Origin: Lytechinus pictus
Lineage: Eukaryota
Reading direction: 5' to 3'
DNA: 64,000 bases
Assembly (NCBI RefSeq): GCF_037042905.1
Contig: NC_087246.1
Location: forward strand, 5,210,001 to 5,274,000
Below, piece by piece: positions 13,714 through 25,129 of this stretch; position 1 is the first letter of the stretch, and every line of letters starts with the position of its first letter. The position numbers and the translations under genes were made by a program. The notes beneath the pieces were generated by a model, which saw nothing but the letters and a program-made list of their open reading frames with translations, did no database searches and had not been told where the DNA came from.

Positions 13714-14525
13714 CTGAGAATGGTAAGGAGATGAGAAACAGAGAGAAAGAGATAGGTAAATGAAGGACAGAGAGAGATCAAAGAAAGGAGTGGGTGGCAA
13801 GCCGGTAGGGTGGGACAAAGAGATAAAGAGCGTGAAGAGGTAGCACAAGACAAAAAGGCATGCGAATGAAGCAAGCATAAATCAGGCCAGAAAACAAAAT
13901 ATATTGAAAGTTGGAATAAAGATAACCAATGAAATATCAGTAAAACAATAGGAGCAAACTTGATATAGTGCATAAAAGACACAAGGATACATTAGGGAAG
14001 AACAATTTAAAAGAAAGATGGCAATACATTAAATTAGTGGAGACAAAATAGCAATAGATATAAAAGAGACTAAAATCTTGCATGATAAACATACTGAGGT
14101 TGTGACAAGCAAATATGCAATGAGATAAAACAAAGAGAATTAAATTTTCTACAATATTCATTAGTTAAAATCATTTAGGAAAAATAGCAAACTGTCCAAA
14201 TGGCCCTTAACAGTTAGCAACTGAATGTAGTGAATAAACATCTGAGAGCAGAGTTTTTACGCCTCAACTTTGTGAGATTCTTAAAATATAGTCTCTAATA
14301 GACTTCTCATGTAATTATTAATGAGTTCAATAAATGTATCATGAACTGTAATACAATAACATCATCACAATATTATTATTTCTATTATTATTAACTTGTT
14401 ATTTTTCATCATTATCAAAGAGAAAGACAATTACTAATTAATGTTAGTATCACTATTATCAAATTAAAATTATTCCTGGAATCATTTGGCACATGTTTTT
14501 TATTTACATATTGAATTATTAGTTT

Positions 14526-15586
14526 CAGTCAGTAGGCAGGTCCCCAAAAAGTGGCTTCTTTTATCCAAGTGATATTCATGACTAGAGAGGTTTTGCATAT
14601 GTAATGAGCTTGATGCAGACAAAAACACCTCTTTTAATTCGGTCATTGCTGCTCTAAATATTCATATTTTATGATTTTGGTACCATTGTAAAGAAGAAGA
14701 ATCATTCTTTCAGGTCATGTGTTTGAATTTATTTCAAGATTTTGTAATGTAGGTGAAAATTTTGATCTAAAATATGCTACAAAATAATTATTTTCACCTG
14801 ACAAAACTTGCTATTTTTACACTTTTCTTTGATTGAGCCCAAATGATTTTTATATCATGATAAAGCTGAATGCCTATGCTTAAAAAATGAAATAGGTTTT
14901 AAAACAAGAATTGGTTTAATCGGGCCAAGATCACACTTTTCATTGGCCAAGTACCTTAAGCAGCTTGAAAACAAGAATACTGCACTCTGATTGGTCAAAG
15001 AGACCACACACTCAACGGTTCCAGTGCTGGGTTCACGGCAAGGTCACACTCCCACAGTGGTAATCTCATCAAAATACCCATTTGAAGCCTTATCCAGCCA
15101 ATCAGAACTCTAAATTGAGTGCTACTCCTAAATTTTAGAAATCTCGTCTTGTACCTTGTTGGGAAAAGTGTGATCTTGACCAGAATAAAAGGTGCCTCAT
15201 ATTAAGAGTGACATTGTGAGAAAGTACAGAAATTCAGCTTTGTGGTAATATAGATATCTTCGAGGCTCAAAATAAAAAGTTTGACACAATTTGCAAAAGA
15301 AAAGAGAGGAAGAAAATTCAGTTTTGATGCACATTTTCAGGCCTGAAATTCACTTAATTTATCAAAACATTTTTTACAAAATAAATGACCAATATAAAAG
15401 AGTAACATTGACTCTATCTGATGGTGCAATGATATTTGATTTGACTTGAGGTTAAAGTAGGTAAATTCTTAGAGAAAGAAAATCTCATGATTCATGAGGT
15501 TTTGCAGGGAGGAGGATTCAGCCACGAGATGATTTGGATGAATCTGGCCTATTTGCTCATTAGCATAGGGGCCTGCAGTCCGACTG
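14526..15586 (+). mobile_element. ~1.06-kb non-autonomous DNA transposon in TBL2 intron 9 (CAG termini, Academ-like)
   Basis: Colinear with 38609-39692; TIR cagtc...gcaggtccc / ggggcctgcagtccgactg; flanks gttt/gatt. Confidence 0.85.
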
Positions 15587-15928
15587 GATTCTGTTTGAAC
15601 TCCTTGTGAGATTGTTATCTCAGCTGAAACTTATGTTTAACATTAAAACATTATGTGTGGCATCAGAGGTAAAATAAGTAAAATTCTGGGAAGAACTCTT
15701 CAAATTCTCAAAAAATTGAAATAGTTACAAGTTTATCTCTGAAGAATACCCTTGAAATTTAGATTATTGCTTTTACAATATGCAACATAGAACTATTCAG
15801 TATTCTTAAACAGAATATCGCACATATGGGAGTTGCATGCACAGTAATTTGATGTTACTGTAAATAGTAGATCCATGTCTTCAGGCATTGGCCTCAATTT
15901 AGATTTCACATCAAGAATTAAATCTTAC

Positions 15929-15978
15929 CATCTGTATCCCATAGTTTCCATGTGCCATCTTTAGACACCGTAGCCATT
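15929..15978 (-). CDS. TBL2: TBL2 coding exon 9 (MATVSKDGTWKLWDTD)
   Basis: SKDGTWKLWDTD signature; tctag/gtaaga. Confidence 0.97.
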
Positions 15979-16464
15979 CTAGAAAAAAGAGAGAGATATG
16001 ATTATAATTGGATAAAAGATTACTAGAGCCAATCAAGATGCCAATTTTGATGGATTCTAGTTGATTTACAAATTTTGAGTTATAATTCCTGATGACAGCA
16101 AGAACATACTTGCGAAAATGGCGAGCTTGTGTGTCTTTTTCAGGACCAAAAATATGTCCAAGAAAGATACATGATGTACCATGAAACTACTAGATTACTT
16201 TCTTTTCCAAGGATACCTTCCAAATTTATTAGACTACATTCTCTGTTTCCTAGATTTTCACAATAATAAATGAATAATTTACCCGTCATATAATCACCAA
16301 GTGGTTACTCAAAATTCTGGAATAATCTTTTGCAACTCAAAAACTCAAATTGCAGTATATTCTTGAATTGTACAATTTCAGATTATCATGGAAATAATTG
16401 AAATTTAATCAAATGAAATGACCCCATATATAGACCACAAGAATATAAAGAAAAGTATTCTCAC

Positions 16465-16600
16465 CTTGATGAGTCAAGATTGAAAGAGAAGTAATAGACG
16501 CTTGCTTTATGACCTTTCAACTCCATTGCTCTCATAACCTCACTGAAATCACCACCTTTAGTAAACATCACTTCCCACACCTTTACATCTGGTGTAAAGC
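16465..16600 (-). CDS. TBL2: TBL2 coding exon 8 (FTPDVKVWEVMFTKGGDFSEVMRAMELKGHKASVYYFSFNLDSSR)
   Basis: FTPDVKVWEV and ELKGH signatures; tgtag/gtgaga. Confidence 0.97.
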
Positions 16601-17310
16601 CTACAATAACAAAGTCATATAATTCAATGTGAAAGTTCTACCTTCATATAAATCTCCACACCTAATTTGGATATTCACTCACTCTACAGACTGATGTTGC
16701 AAACTGCAAAGTCGTCACTGTAACATTTCACGATACACGATTAATGCATTTCTGAAATGGGATGTAATTTCCCATGTGACTGAGTCTGATGCTTATGCTT
16801 GTGTGCTAAAAAAGACTTGTGGCTGAACTCCCAGGCATATTTTCTTTGAAAAGTTTCACCCTCTCACATGACTTCTTCAATTTGCTGAAAAAATTGCCAA
16901 TCTGTCATTGTAATATCTTTGGAATGTTTCCTTTTGCGGAACAAGATATCCTTGCGGGATCCAGTAATACATTATCATTGTTTAACATTGATTGCAAGTA
17001 TGGTAAAGTGTGTTATTTTCTTAATTCTAACTACAAAACAAACAAATTATTCATCAAAGACCATTTTTTTGTTTAAAATCTTGTTAACAGAACCAGTTTC
17101 ACTCAATATTTCATTTTTTATTTTTCCATTTCAAAATGAAAAAAATTCTCATAGTACCTTGATTAAAAATTAAAATAACTGTTACAAAAGTGTTTGAAGA
17201 CTTTCTCTGAGCTTTACCTCTTTAGTTATGAAAAAAATATAAATAAATAAAATTCCAGTAACTCAATGAAATCATCTTCTTTAATCGAAAGTTAAGAAGT
17301 AGTAACTTAC

Positions 17311-17397
17311 CACACGATGCTACAAATCGACCACATGGGGAGACAGCTGCATAATTGTTGTTCATGTGATGAGTATCCAGTGAAGCCAGTACTTCTC
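17311..17397 (-). CDS. TBL2: TBL2 coding exon 7 (EVLASLDTHHMNNNYAAVSPCGRFVASCG)
   Basis: Near-identical to TBL2 AAVSPCGRFVASCG; tttag/gtaagt. Confidence 0.97.
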
Positions 17398-17690
17398 CTA
17401 AAGACATTAAAATAAAACATTACATCTATTTCAGTGCACTGTTTTGAATTAATAAGTCCACTGTACAAACCTTGGACTCATGAATAAAGTAGCGTACTTA
17501 ACTATAGCAACAGGCATCAATTTGGCTCACTGTGGCAAAAGCGCACATCAGCATTGGACATTTTTTAATATACTTGGTAAATAGGTGTAATTTATATATG
17601 AAATCTGCATAAACCATAGGTTCAATCGATGGTTTTTAAACCATCTTTGTGAATTTGGGCCTATGAGTTGTCAGTTGTGTAAAGCATTAC

Positions 17691-17796
17691 CTTTTGTATT
17701 CCAGATCTGTATAGTAGTATCTCTGTATGCCACCATGATGAAGCTACCTGATGCATTGGACCCTACGCCAATACTCAATATATCTTGATCACGACT
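17691..17796 (-). CDS. TBL2: TBL2 coding exon 6 (SRDQDILSIGVGSNASGSFIMVAYRDTTIQIWNTKG)
   Basis: tacag/gtaatg; homology to IDIGIANTGKFIMTASSDTTVLIWSLKG. Confidence 0.95.
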
Positions 17797-18006
17797 CTGT
17801 AAACACAGAAACAATTACAGGCAGTGAAAAAATAAGAATTGGGAGGAATAATGTAGCAACTGTCTTTCTTTTATTTCATGCCTACCAAATAGGGCATTAT
17901 GACATTTTATATTATTTTTCTTGTTGTAAATGTTCATACAAAGTAGATCATGCTGAAACTGAAATATAAGATAAGTGTTATCTTTGTAATGATATGGATA
18001 GGAAGT

Positions 18007-18288
18007 GATGTCAGAATATTCTTATTAAACAAAGAGTTAGGGGTTGAATGACTGTGTCTAAACATTGCTTCCACCCCAAAACTCTTTGTCTGAGCAGGTC
18101 CCACTCTGGCTAGTACGCAAAGAAAGATTCACCGTTGGTAAAAGGGATGGGCAAACTATCACTTTCGACGCTAGCTTGAAGAAGCTAAACTGAATAATGA
18201 TAGCAAGTAGATCCAGCTCACCGATGCAGTGATAGTTTGCCTCGTCCCCTGAAACCAAGAGATGATTTTATGCTTTATATTCCACATC
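18007..18288 (-). ncRNA. Unassigned structured RNA element in TBL2 intron 5
   Basis: Closing stem GAUGU-GGAAUAU/AUAUUCU-G-ACAUC; 14-bp perfect stem GGCAAACUAUCACU/AGUGAUAGUUUGCC; long hairpin AGACAAAGAGUU..GGGGU/ACCCC..AACUCUUUGUUU; G-U pairs mostly favour the minus strand. Confidence 0.5.
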
Positions 18289-19135
18289 TGGAACAAATAT
18301 AAAAGGAAGGAAAAATTATTTGTACTTCTCTATAAGAAAGAAATTTGATTGAAAATAATGAGGCGCAAGCACCTAGATCGGGATAAAGCAAAGTAATTGT
18401 AACCTCACAAAGGAATATTATCTTCACAACAAAACAATCTTGGGGCAGTGTTATTTAGCATAAACTTTGACTGCACTCAGTGCTCAAGCATCTAGATCTT
18501 GCACGATTTTCACTACACATGATGGGGAAAGACAGCAAACAAGATGTCTTATTTTACACGTCCTCAAAGTTATACATGATGATTATGACTCTTTGACTCT
18601 TAGGTGATTAGCAAAGCACATTGTTCCGTTGCTGTGATTGATGATTGATGGGGAAACTATGTTATCACGTAATATTCTGCACATGGAATATAATTTTTTA
18701 AAGTAAATTAACAAATTCAATGATAGAAAACATTAATATTTACACAAAATATAATTACAAATAATCATGTGCATTTGAAATAGATCAAAATCAAACACAA
18801 TATTTGTGAAATTGGAGATTATGTGTTCTGAAAACAAAATTTTGTTTACTTACATGTACATGAAAAATTGAAACCCCAGCAAAGTCACACTGACAAAACC
18901 GATACCAGACCAATCAAGGCATTATTTTGAACGACATTTCATTGGTTGGTCTACAGATGGAAATCAGATTCATTGTGTGCCTGCAGCATTAAGTTGCTAT
19001 CAATTAAAATGATAGATGTTTACAGTCTGATTGATGATAAATTGAGACTTCAATTTGAGGTTTAAAGTTAGTATGTATTATGCTTATAGTTTAAAAACAC
19101 ATGTAAATAACATGGATTTTGGTTTGATACTTTAC

Positions 19136-19244
19136 CTTGGGAAAGTCAAGAACAGGAGTAATTTGAACTGCTGAGCTGTCTTCCTTTTTGCCAAGTTTAA
19201 AAACACGAATGCAATTGCCATTGGTGATACTTGTGATGAAAGAC
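19136..19244 (-). CDS. TBL2: TBL2 coding exon 5 (SFITSITNGNCIRVFKLGKKEDSSAVQITPVLDFPK)
   Basis: tttag/gtaaag; phase 2->0; homology to NGDTLRVFKMTKRED...DFPK. Confidence 0.95.
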
Positions 19245-19846
19245 CTAAAACAGAATCAATCAAAAAAGGTAAAAATCAATAACTGCCATCAATGCATCTA
19301 AAAAAAAAAACCTTGATTAAGCAATATGTAGAGAGGAAAAAATCAACCTTGTTCTGAAACCTGAAAAGGCTATGAACATGAATAATAGTAAAAAAAAAAA
19401 GAATGAATGTCTCATATTGTAATATCTGCAAGATATACAATTAGGTTACAAAAAAAAAGAGAATCTGGGCAAAATTTTTGAAATAAATCACTCCATGTTT
19501 ACATCCAATTCTCATAATGATGGTTTTGATTTCCTTGATAGATTCAGACAAGAAAGGAATTTATTACTTTTAAATAAAAGAGACCAATCTAATTCACTTT
19601 TATTCAAATTTGTCATCAGTTAAATGGATTACTGTTAAATATAATAATGCTATCCATCCGATGCTTTATAGGTTTTGAATATGCTCAAAATGCTAATTTA
19701 TGTCTTTCCTCATGAATAGAAATGCCTCGATTTGTCAGCTGAAATCATGAGTAGTAGTAGTAGTATTAGCAGAAGAGGGCTATATAAATCATAACTTGGC
19801 CTGGGAAGTACATATCACTTTCAACTTTAAAGCATCAACTACTTAC

Positions 19847-19909
19847 TTGCAGTCTGGACTGAACTTGATATTTGTAGCATGATCGTATTCCACATTTCCT
19901 CTAACACAT
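19847..19909 (-). CDS. TBL2: TBL2 coding exon 4 (CVRGNVEYDHATNIKFSPDCK)
   Basis: tacag/gtaagt; homology to RANVELDHATLVRFSPDC. Confidence 0.95.
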
Positions 19910-20780
19910 CTGTAAAAATCAAAGGTAACACATGAATTTATCATAAACCTCAAGGAAGAGGCTAACTATGTTTTTAGAAACATCCTTTTGTCAAGTACAG
20001 ATTTTTTAAAATTGTGGATTTTTTTTTAAATATCCAGGTATCAGAGAATTTTTAAGGAAATTATAATAATAAAGATATTTATTGTCAGAAAAGTTGTTTA
20101 AAGTTTAAATACTAAAATTTCACATACAGTCTGAATGGTAACTCAAGTATGCTTGATTGCACATAATAAAGAGTAAAAATATAGCCTGATCAAGTGGTAA
20201 GCTTTGTTAAATGGACCCCTTTAGTGGGTAAATTGAATTTTAAAGGGTTATTGTTATTTAGGAAGATTATAATAACCTCCAATGCAAAAGGAATGCTCTT
20301 TAAAAGCCCTAATAAAAAAAAATTATGACCCCTATCCCCCAAAAATAAACACCCAGCAAGGAAAAAAAATTGTTATGTTTGGGCCAAACATTTGTGTGTG
20401 GTCCTATGCATCCATATTTGCAGTGCTTGTGAATCATCTGGACAAAAAAGTTAATTTCTGATAATTTTGGGGATTCCCAGCTCTAACATTATACTTTGAT
20501 TTTTTTCCCAATCACTTTGAGACTTTAGATAGTTCAATCTCCAAACTTGTGTTTCTAATGGATGCTGCAAGAAACTTACAATTGATTCTAAATCATGCAT
20601 TAGTCCGAAATCATTTGCAAGTCCTTTGATTAAATGCAAATTTGTAGTTGATTTGTGCTCGACTGCAACTCCACTTTCTTGCAACACTCACTTACACATG
20701 ATTTTAGGACTTACGAGTGATTTGCAATTGAAAATATTTTTCTTGTAACACCCAATATATCTTTGCTTCATATTACTCAC

Positions 20781-20832
20781 TTGTGTTCTTTCTCTTTGAA
20801 TTCTTTAACACTCCAAACACGAACAGTCCTAT
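20781..20832 (-). CDS. TBL2: TBL2 coding exon 3 (DRTVRVWSVKEFKEKEHK)
   Basis: aacag/gtgagt splice sites, phase 1->2, homology to DRTIRIWSTKDFLQREH. Confidence 0.95.
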
Positions 20833-21526
20833 CTGTTAAATGTAAACATCATTAGAATCACTTAAAAAAAAACTGATACAAAATCAATGTCATTGCACAA
20901 ATCAATCTCATCTCAAGCTGAGTTGGAAATTACATCAAGTGAAATAGCAAATATTTAAGCTCAGGCAAAGATTACATTCAATTCATCTCATCTCTTCCAA
21001 TATAACAATTCATACATCAAACAAGTCAAGAATAAAACAATACAAGTATAACAACATATCACTGAGAAGAGAGTGAGAATCATGTGAATAATAAAAATCA
21101 AACATCTAAAGAAATGTACTGTAGTGCAGGTAATAGCTTCACGAGCAGAATGACTCCAAGAATTATGTTGGTGTTGTGTGCTGGAATCAGGCTGGTGAAC
21201 AGCATTTCAATTTTTTTTTTGGTTTAAAGTTCCATTTTTCCAAATGATGGCAAACTCAAGCTCAAAACACTGGTAATATGCCAACCTGACATTGTGGTTG
21301 GGGTTTGTTCCCCCACACCTATTGCACAAAGTTCCCATCACCAACCATGGCTAAATTCAAGGTGTATTGTGGTTGGGGTCTGTTTTTCCCTCACATAATG
21401 TATAAAGTTCCCAAAACTAAGCATGACAAAATTCAAGTTAAGTGTTATTTGTTGACATTTGTTTGACCCTCATTCCAACACCAACCATGTTTTAAGTTGG
21501 GTGTTGTGGTTGTTGTTTGTATTGAC

Positions 21527-21639
21527 CAGTGGCGGACCGTGACCTGGAGGAGACAAAGCATTGGAGGGGCACAGCATTGTTCACAAACCATACAGTGCCC
21601 CTCCAATCATTGTCTCCTCCGGGTCACGGTCCGCCACTG
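21527..21639. mobile_element. 113-bp palindromic hAT-like MITE
   Basis: Almost fully self-complementary (cagtggcggaccgtgacc.ggaggagaca...); perfect 8-bp TSD gtattgac. Confidence 0.95.
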
Positions 21640-21805
21640 GTATTGACTATCCCCATTTTCAGGTTAGGTGTTGTGGTTGGTTTTTATTTTGACCCATATT
21701 CACTGCACTGATTCCCTGAACAGATTATGTGTAATGTTGGGTGTTCCAAACAATGTTACATGTATGTGGCTGTTGAACTGGTGTTGTATTGAATGTCTAC
21801 TTTAC

Positions 21806-22009
21806 CTTCAGAACACGAAGCAACATATTTGCCATTGATACTGAAATCCAGATCGAGAACATTGTGACTGTGTTCCTTGAGTGAGGAAGCTAGGAGAGGA
21901 TGAGTAAATGCCTTCTGTGAGGACTTCTTATTGCCATGGTTACCAGATTTTGTTTGCTTCTTGGTCACTTGGTTTGGTTTCTTCTCTTTATGTTTCTTCT
22001 CATTAGTCT
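21806..22009 (-). CDS. TBL2: TBL2 coding exon 2 (Lys-rich linker; FTHPLLASSLKEHSHNVLDLDFSINGKYVASCSE)
   Basis: Matches human TBL2 FTHRLLAAALKSHSGNISCMDFSSNGKYLATCAD (recalled); ttcag acceptor, gtaaag donor. Confidence 0.95.
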
Positions 22010-22820
22010 CTGAAGAGAGAAAAAAAAGCAAGAATGATGATCCAATCGAAAATCAAAATTCGAACTTTCAGAATGTAAAAGTGCAAATCATAAGTTTCTT
22101 ATCAAAACCTTACTTGTAACTCTTACACCACTATACAGCTGAAATCGGTCTGTTTGGAGGAGTTTTTACACATGAATTTTTAAAAAGAAGTTTTTTTACT
22201 TTCTCCTTCACAGATGGCTAGTCATCTTGCAAATTGTGTGAGGGACCTAATCCTGATAGCCTATATTCTTTGGGTCCCCCAACAGGTGGAAAGTAAAATT
22301 TCAATAAAATTGTAATTTTTTAAATCTCTTTTTCCAATTCAGAAACAAATAATAAACGAATTAAAAAAGAGTCAAGTCATGATGAATAGTTTATATTTCC
22401 CATTTTTAATGAAGTAAAAATACAATATTTTACAATATAATGATTACAAAGCTGATATTCAGTATTGATGCTACTGAAAGGAGACTCGTTTTCCATGGCA
22501 GTTTTTTTTTTTTTTTTTTTGGGGGGGGGAGGGGGCCATCCAGGGTTGGCACGTTTTAAACGGTGTGTTTTAAAACATGTTTTAAAACGCGTTTTAAAAC
22601 ACCACATAGGCTTGTGTGTTGTAAATTTGCATGGATGTGATTTTAGATAAATGTTTTTTTTTCATACTTTTATTTCTGAAGTGGTGTACTATTTTCTTCT
22701 AACTAATTAAAACTCTTTCTCAACACCACTCTTTTTCTCCTCTTTCTCTTTCCCTCCTTCTCCCCTTCTCCATTGCTTTGTCATGTTCCTTTCTTCCTTT
22801 CAATTGTGTACATCAATCTA

Positions 22821-24899
22821 TACACAACAAAAAGTCCCCCCTTAAACAAACATCAATAATTTCCGAACCAATGCGAGTTTTTAATATATTTTTACATGAG
22901 CGTGTAGGTAATTTTATAAGCTACCTCTGAGTAAACGTTATGGACCTATTTCACTTCATGCTTCAGTAGGCACCGTCAGAAGGCAAAAATGTCCCTTTTC
23001 AAAAGTCACAAGCCAAATATCATGACTTTGATTCCATTTTATTGGAACCAATTCCACATTCTCATCATAAAAAATTGTCAGAAGGCTTGTAAAATGTACT
23101 CTCTAAAAGACGATACAACTTTTTTGGCTAAATTTCACGGTTGAATAAACACAAGTCCAAATTTGCTATAATTGGATTTTTTACACATTTATATCAATAA
23201 AAATGATAGAATATGATGACAGTTATTTTTGGAAGAGTTTCTTCAACAATATTCATCGTTTCACGGTTCAATGAACATTTATTGAAAACAAAAAATACGA
23301 TTTTCAAATATCTTAGGCAAGTATTGGTTCATTTTGGGAACTGAAAATGATCTTTTCTCAACTTTTTCGTTATGTTCACGACCAATTAACATGCTTCAAT
23401 GATTCAAAGGCGTTTAATTAAATATCCACGCTTGAATGAACATGTGGAATGCGATTAGCTCTTTTTTACGTTATTGGAAAAAATGCAATTTGCTACAATG
23501 GATATCTGTCACAAACCTCCTTGCATAGTTCATTTGATTTGATTTTTATGAAAATCCCGATGTTTAATGCATCAGTGAGCACACAATATTCGAAAATTAT
23601 GCAAATGAGAAGAAAGTTCAAGGCCTTGGCCCCACTCTGTGTCGTATCGAATGGTTATTTTGGTGTGCGCGCCTTTTGGATAGTGTTACTCTGAAGCCAT
23701 GTACGAAGTTTCATGAAATAACTATTGGCAGAAGTAACAAAAACCGTCCATGAAACAAATCCTCATTTCATATTTGTTAAAATTATGACTTCGTTTCTCA
23801 TAGACCTGTGTACATTATGGGTGCACATGTTTAAGAATAAGTAACCCCTTATTCAATATGGTGGAACTTTTTTTCACGGCTGTCTTTAGCAATGTCATTT
23901 GGCAGTAATGTTTATCAACCTAAGGGCAGAATTCTGTGCAAAAATGAAATCGATTTGTCTATTTATGGATGAGTGAGCACGCATCAAAGTGGAAAATTTT
24001 GTATTTTCAATGTCACAGACTCATTTTAAAGGGTAATAAAGTGAATATTGGGGGCATATTCGGTTTCAAATAAGACTTTAATTCCTATTGTTTTTATCAT
24101 CCATCATTTCTATCACCACACACTTTCCGAACTTTAAACATTTTCATGGTTGAGCGAGCACATTCGAAAACTTAGGAATAAATACTCTTTATACTGCATA
24201 AATGTATTCTTTTCCTAACAATTTCTCATGATCAGTTTAATTTATGGACAAATCAGTGATGGGTCCAGAATTTTAAAATGGGGGAGGGGCCTATAATCGG
24301 GGGAGCCACCAACATTTTCAAATTTTAACATGATCTAACAAGTTGCAGAAGATACAACCATAAACCCCTATGATGATACGTTACAATACAGGGGCCGGGG
24401 AAGGGTTTTCAAAGTGGGGGGGGGGGGGCTGACCATGCAAAAAATCACAATCGTATGGTCATTTTTACATTTTTGTACATGCAAGTACAAAAAAGTGGGG
24501 GGATGAAGCTCCCCGCCCAGCCCCCCCCCCCCCCGCTTCTGAGGCCCCTGCAATATATTGTGCTCACTCAACCATGAATATATGATATCAAAATTGTGTG
24601 TGGAGTGGCTAAATGATGGATAGTAAAACAGCATAACACCATAAAATTCACCTAAAGACAACATTTGCCCAATTTTGTATGTGCACAATCTGAAAAACGA
24701 CTCTTGTGACTTTCAAAAATGGTCATTTTTAATTCAATCTTTAATTACTCATGCATGACTCAACCGATCAATCTTATTTTTCTCCGGGAGTTGCTTAATG
24801 AGTGTAGAAAACCATCTACGGAATATCATATCTCAAAATAATTCCGTTCAAAAGTTACAGCAATTTGATTTAGGGGGGACTTACTTTTTTTGTTGTGTA
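22821..24899. mobile_element. ~2.1-kb non-autonomous element with TA TSD (Tc1/mariner-like)
   Basis: ta|tacacaacaaaaagtcccccc ... ggggggacttactttttttgttgtgta|ta; inner inverted aaagtcacaag/cttgtgacttt. Confidence 0.7.
24389..24550 (+). mobile_element. Short MITE nested in the TA-TSD element
   Basis: caggggc...gcccctg termini; TSD not clean. Confidence 0.65.
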
Positions 24900-25129
24900 T
24901 ATATTAAGAATATTTTCATTTCAACAAACATATCTAAGTGATGTGCTCACTTTTTGGACAGGGAAAGTAACACTATTTAAAATAAGCTCAAATACATAGT
25001 AGTACTTGAATGAAATGGAAGTGTTGCACAAGCATAATGATATCTCATAATGATATCGCGGACTACGCGTCGCCTTCTTGCACAAAGGCCGTTAACACGC
25101 ACTGTTTACTGCGTGTTAATGGCCTTTCA

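Noticed and set aside
18030..18050. Telomerase RNA template (CCCUAAC)
   Set aside because: Too short, buried in a stem, and no pseudoknot or H/ACA domain seen
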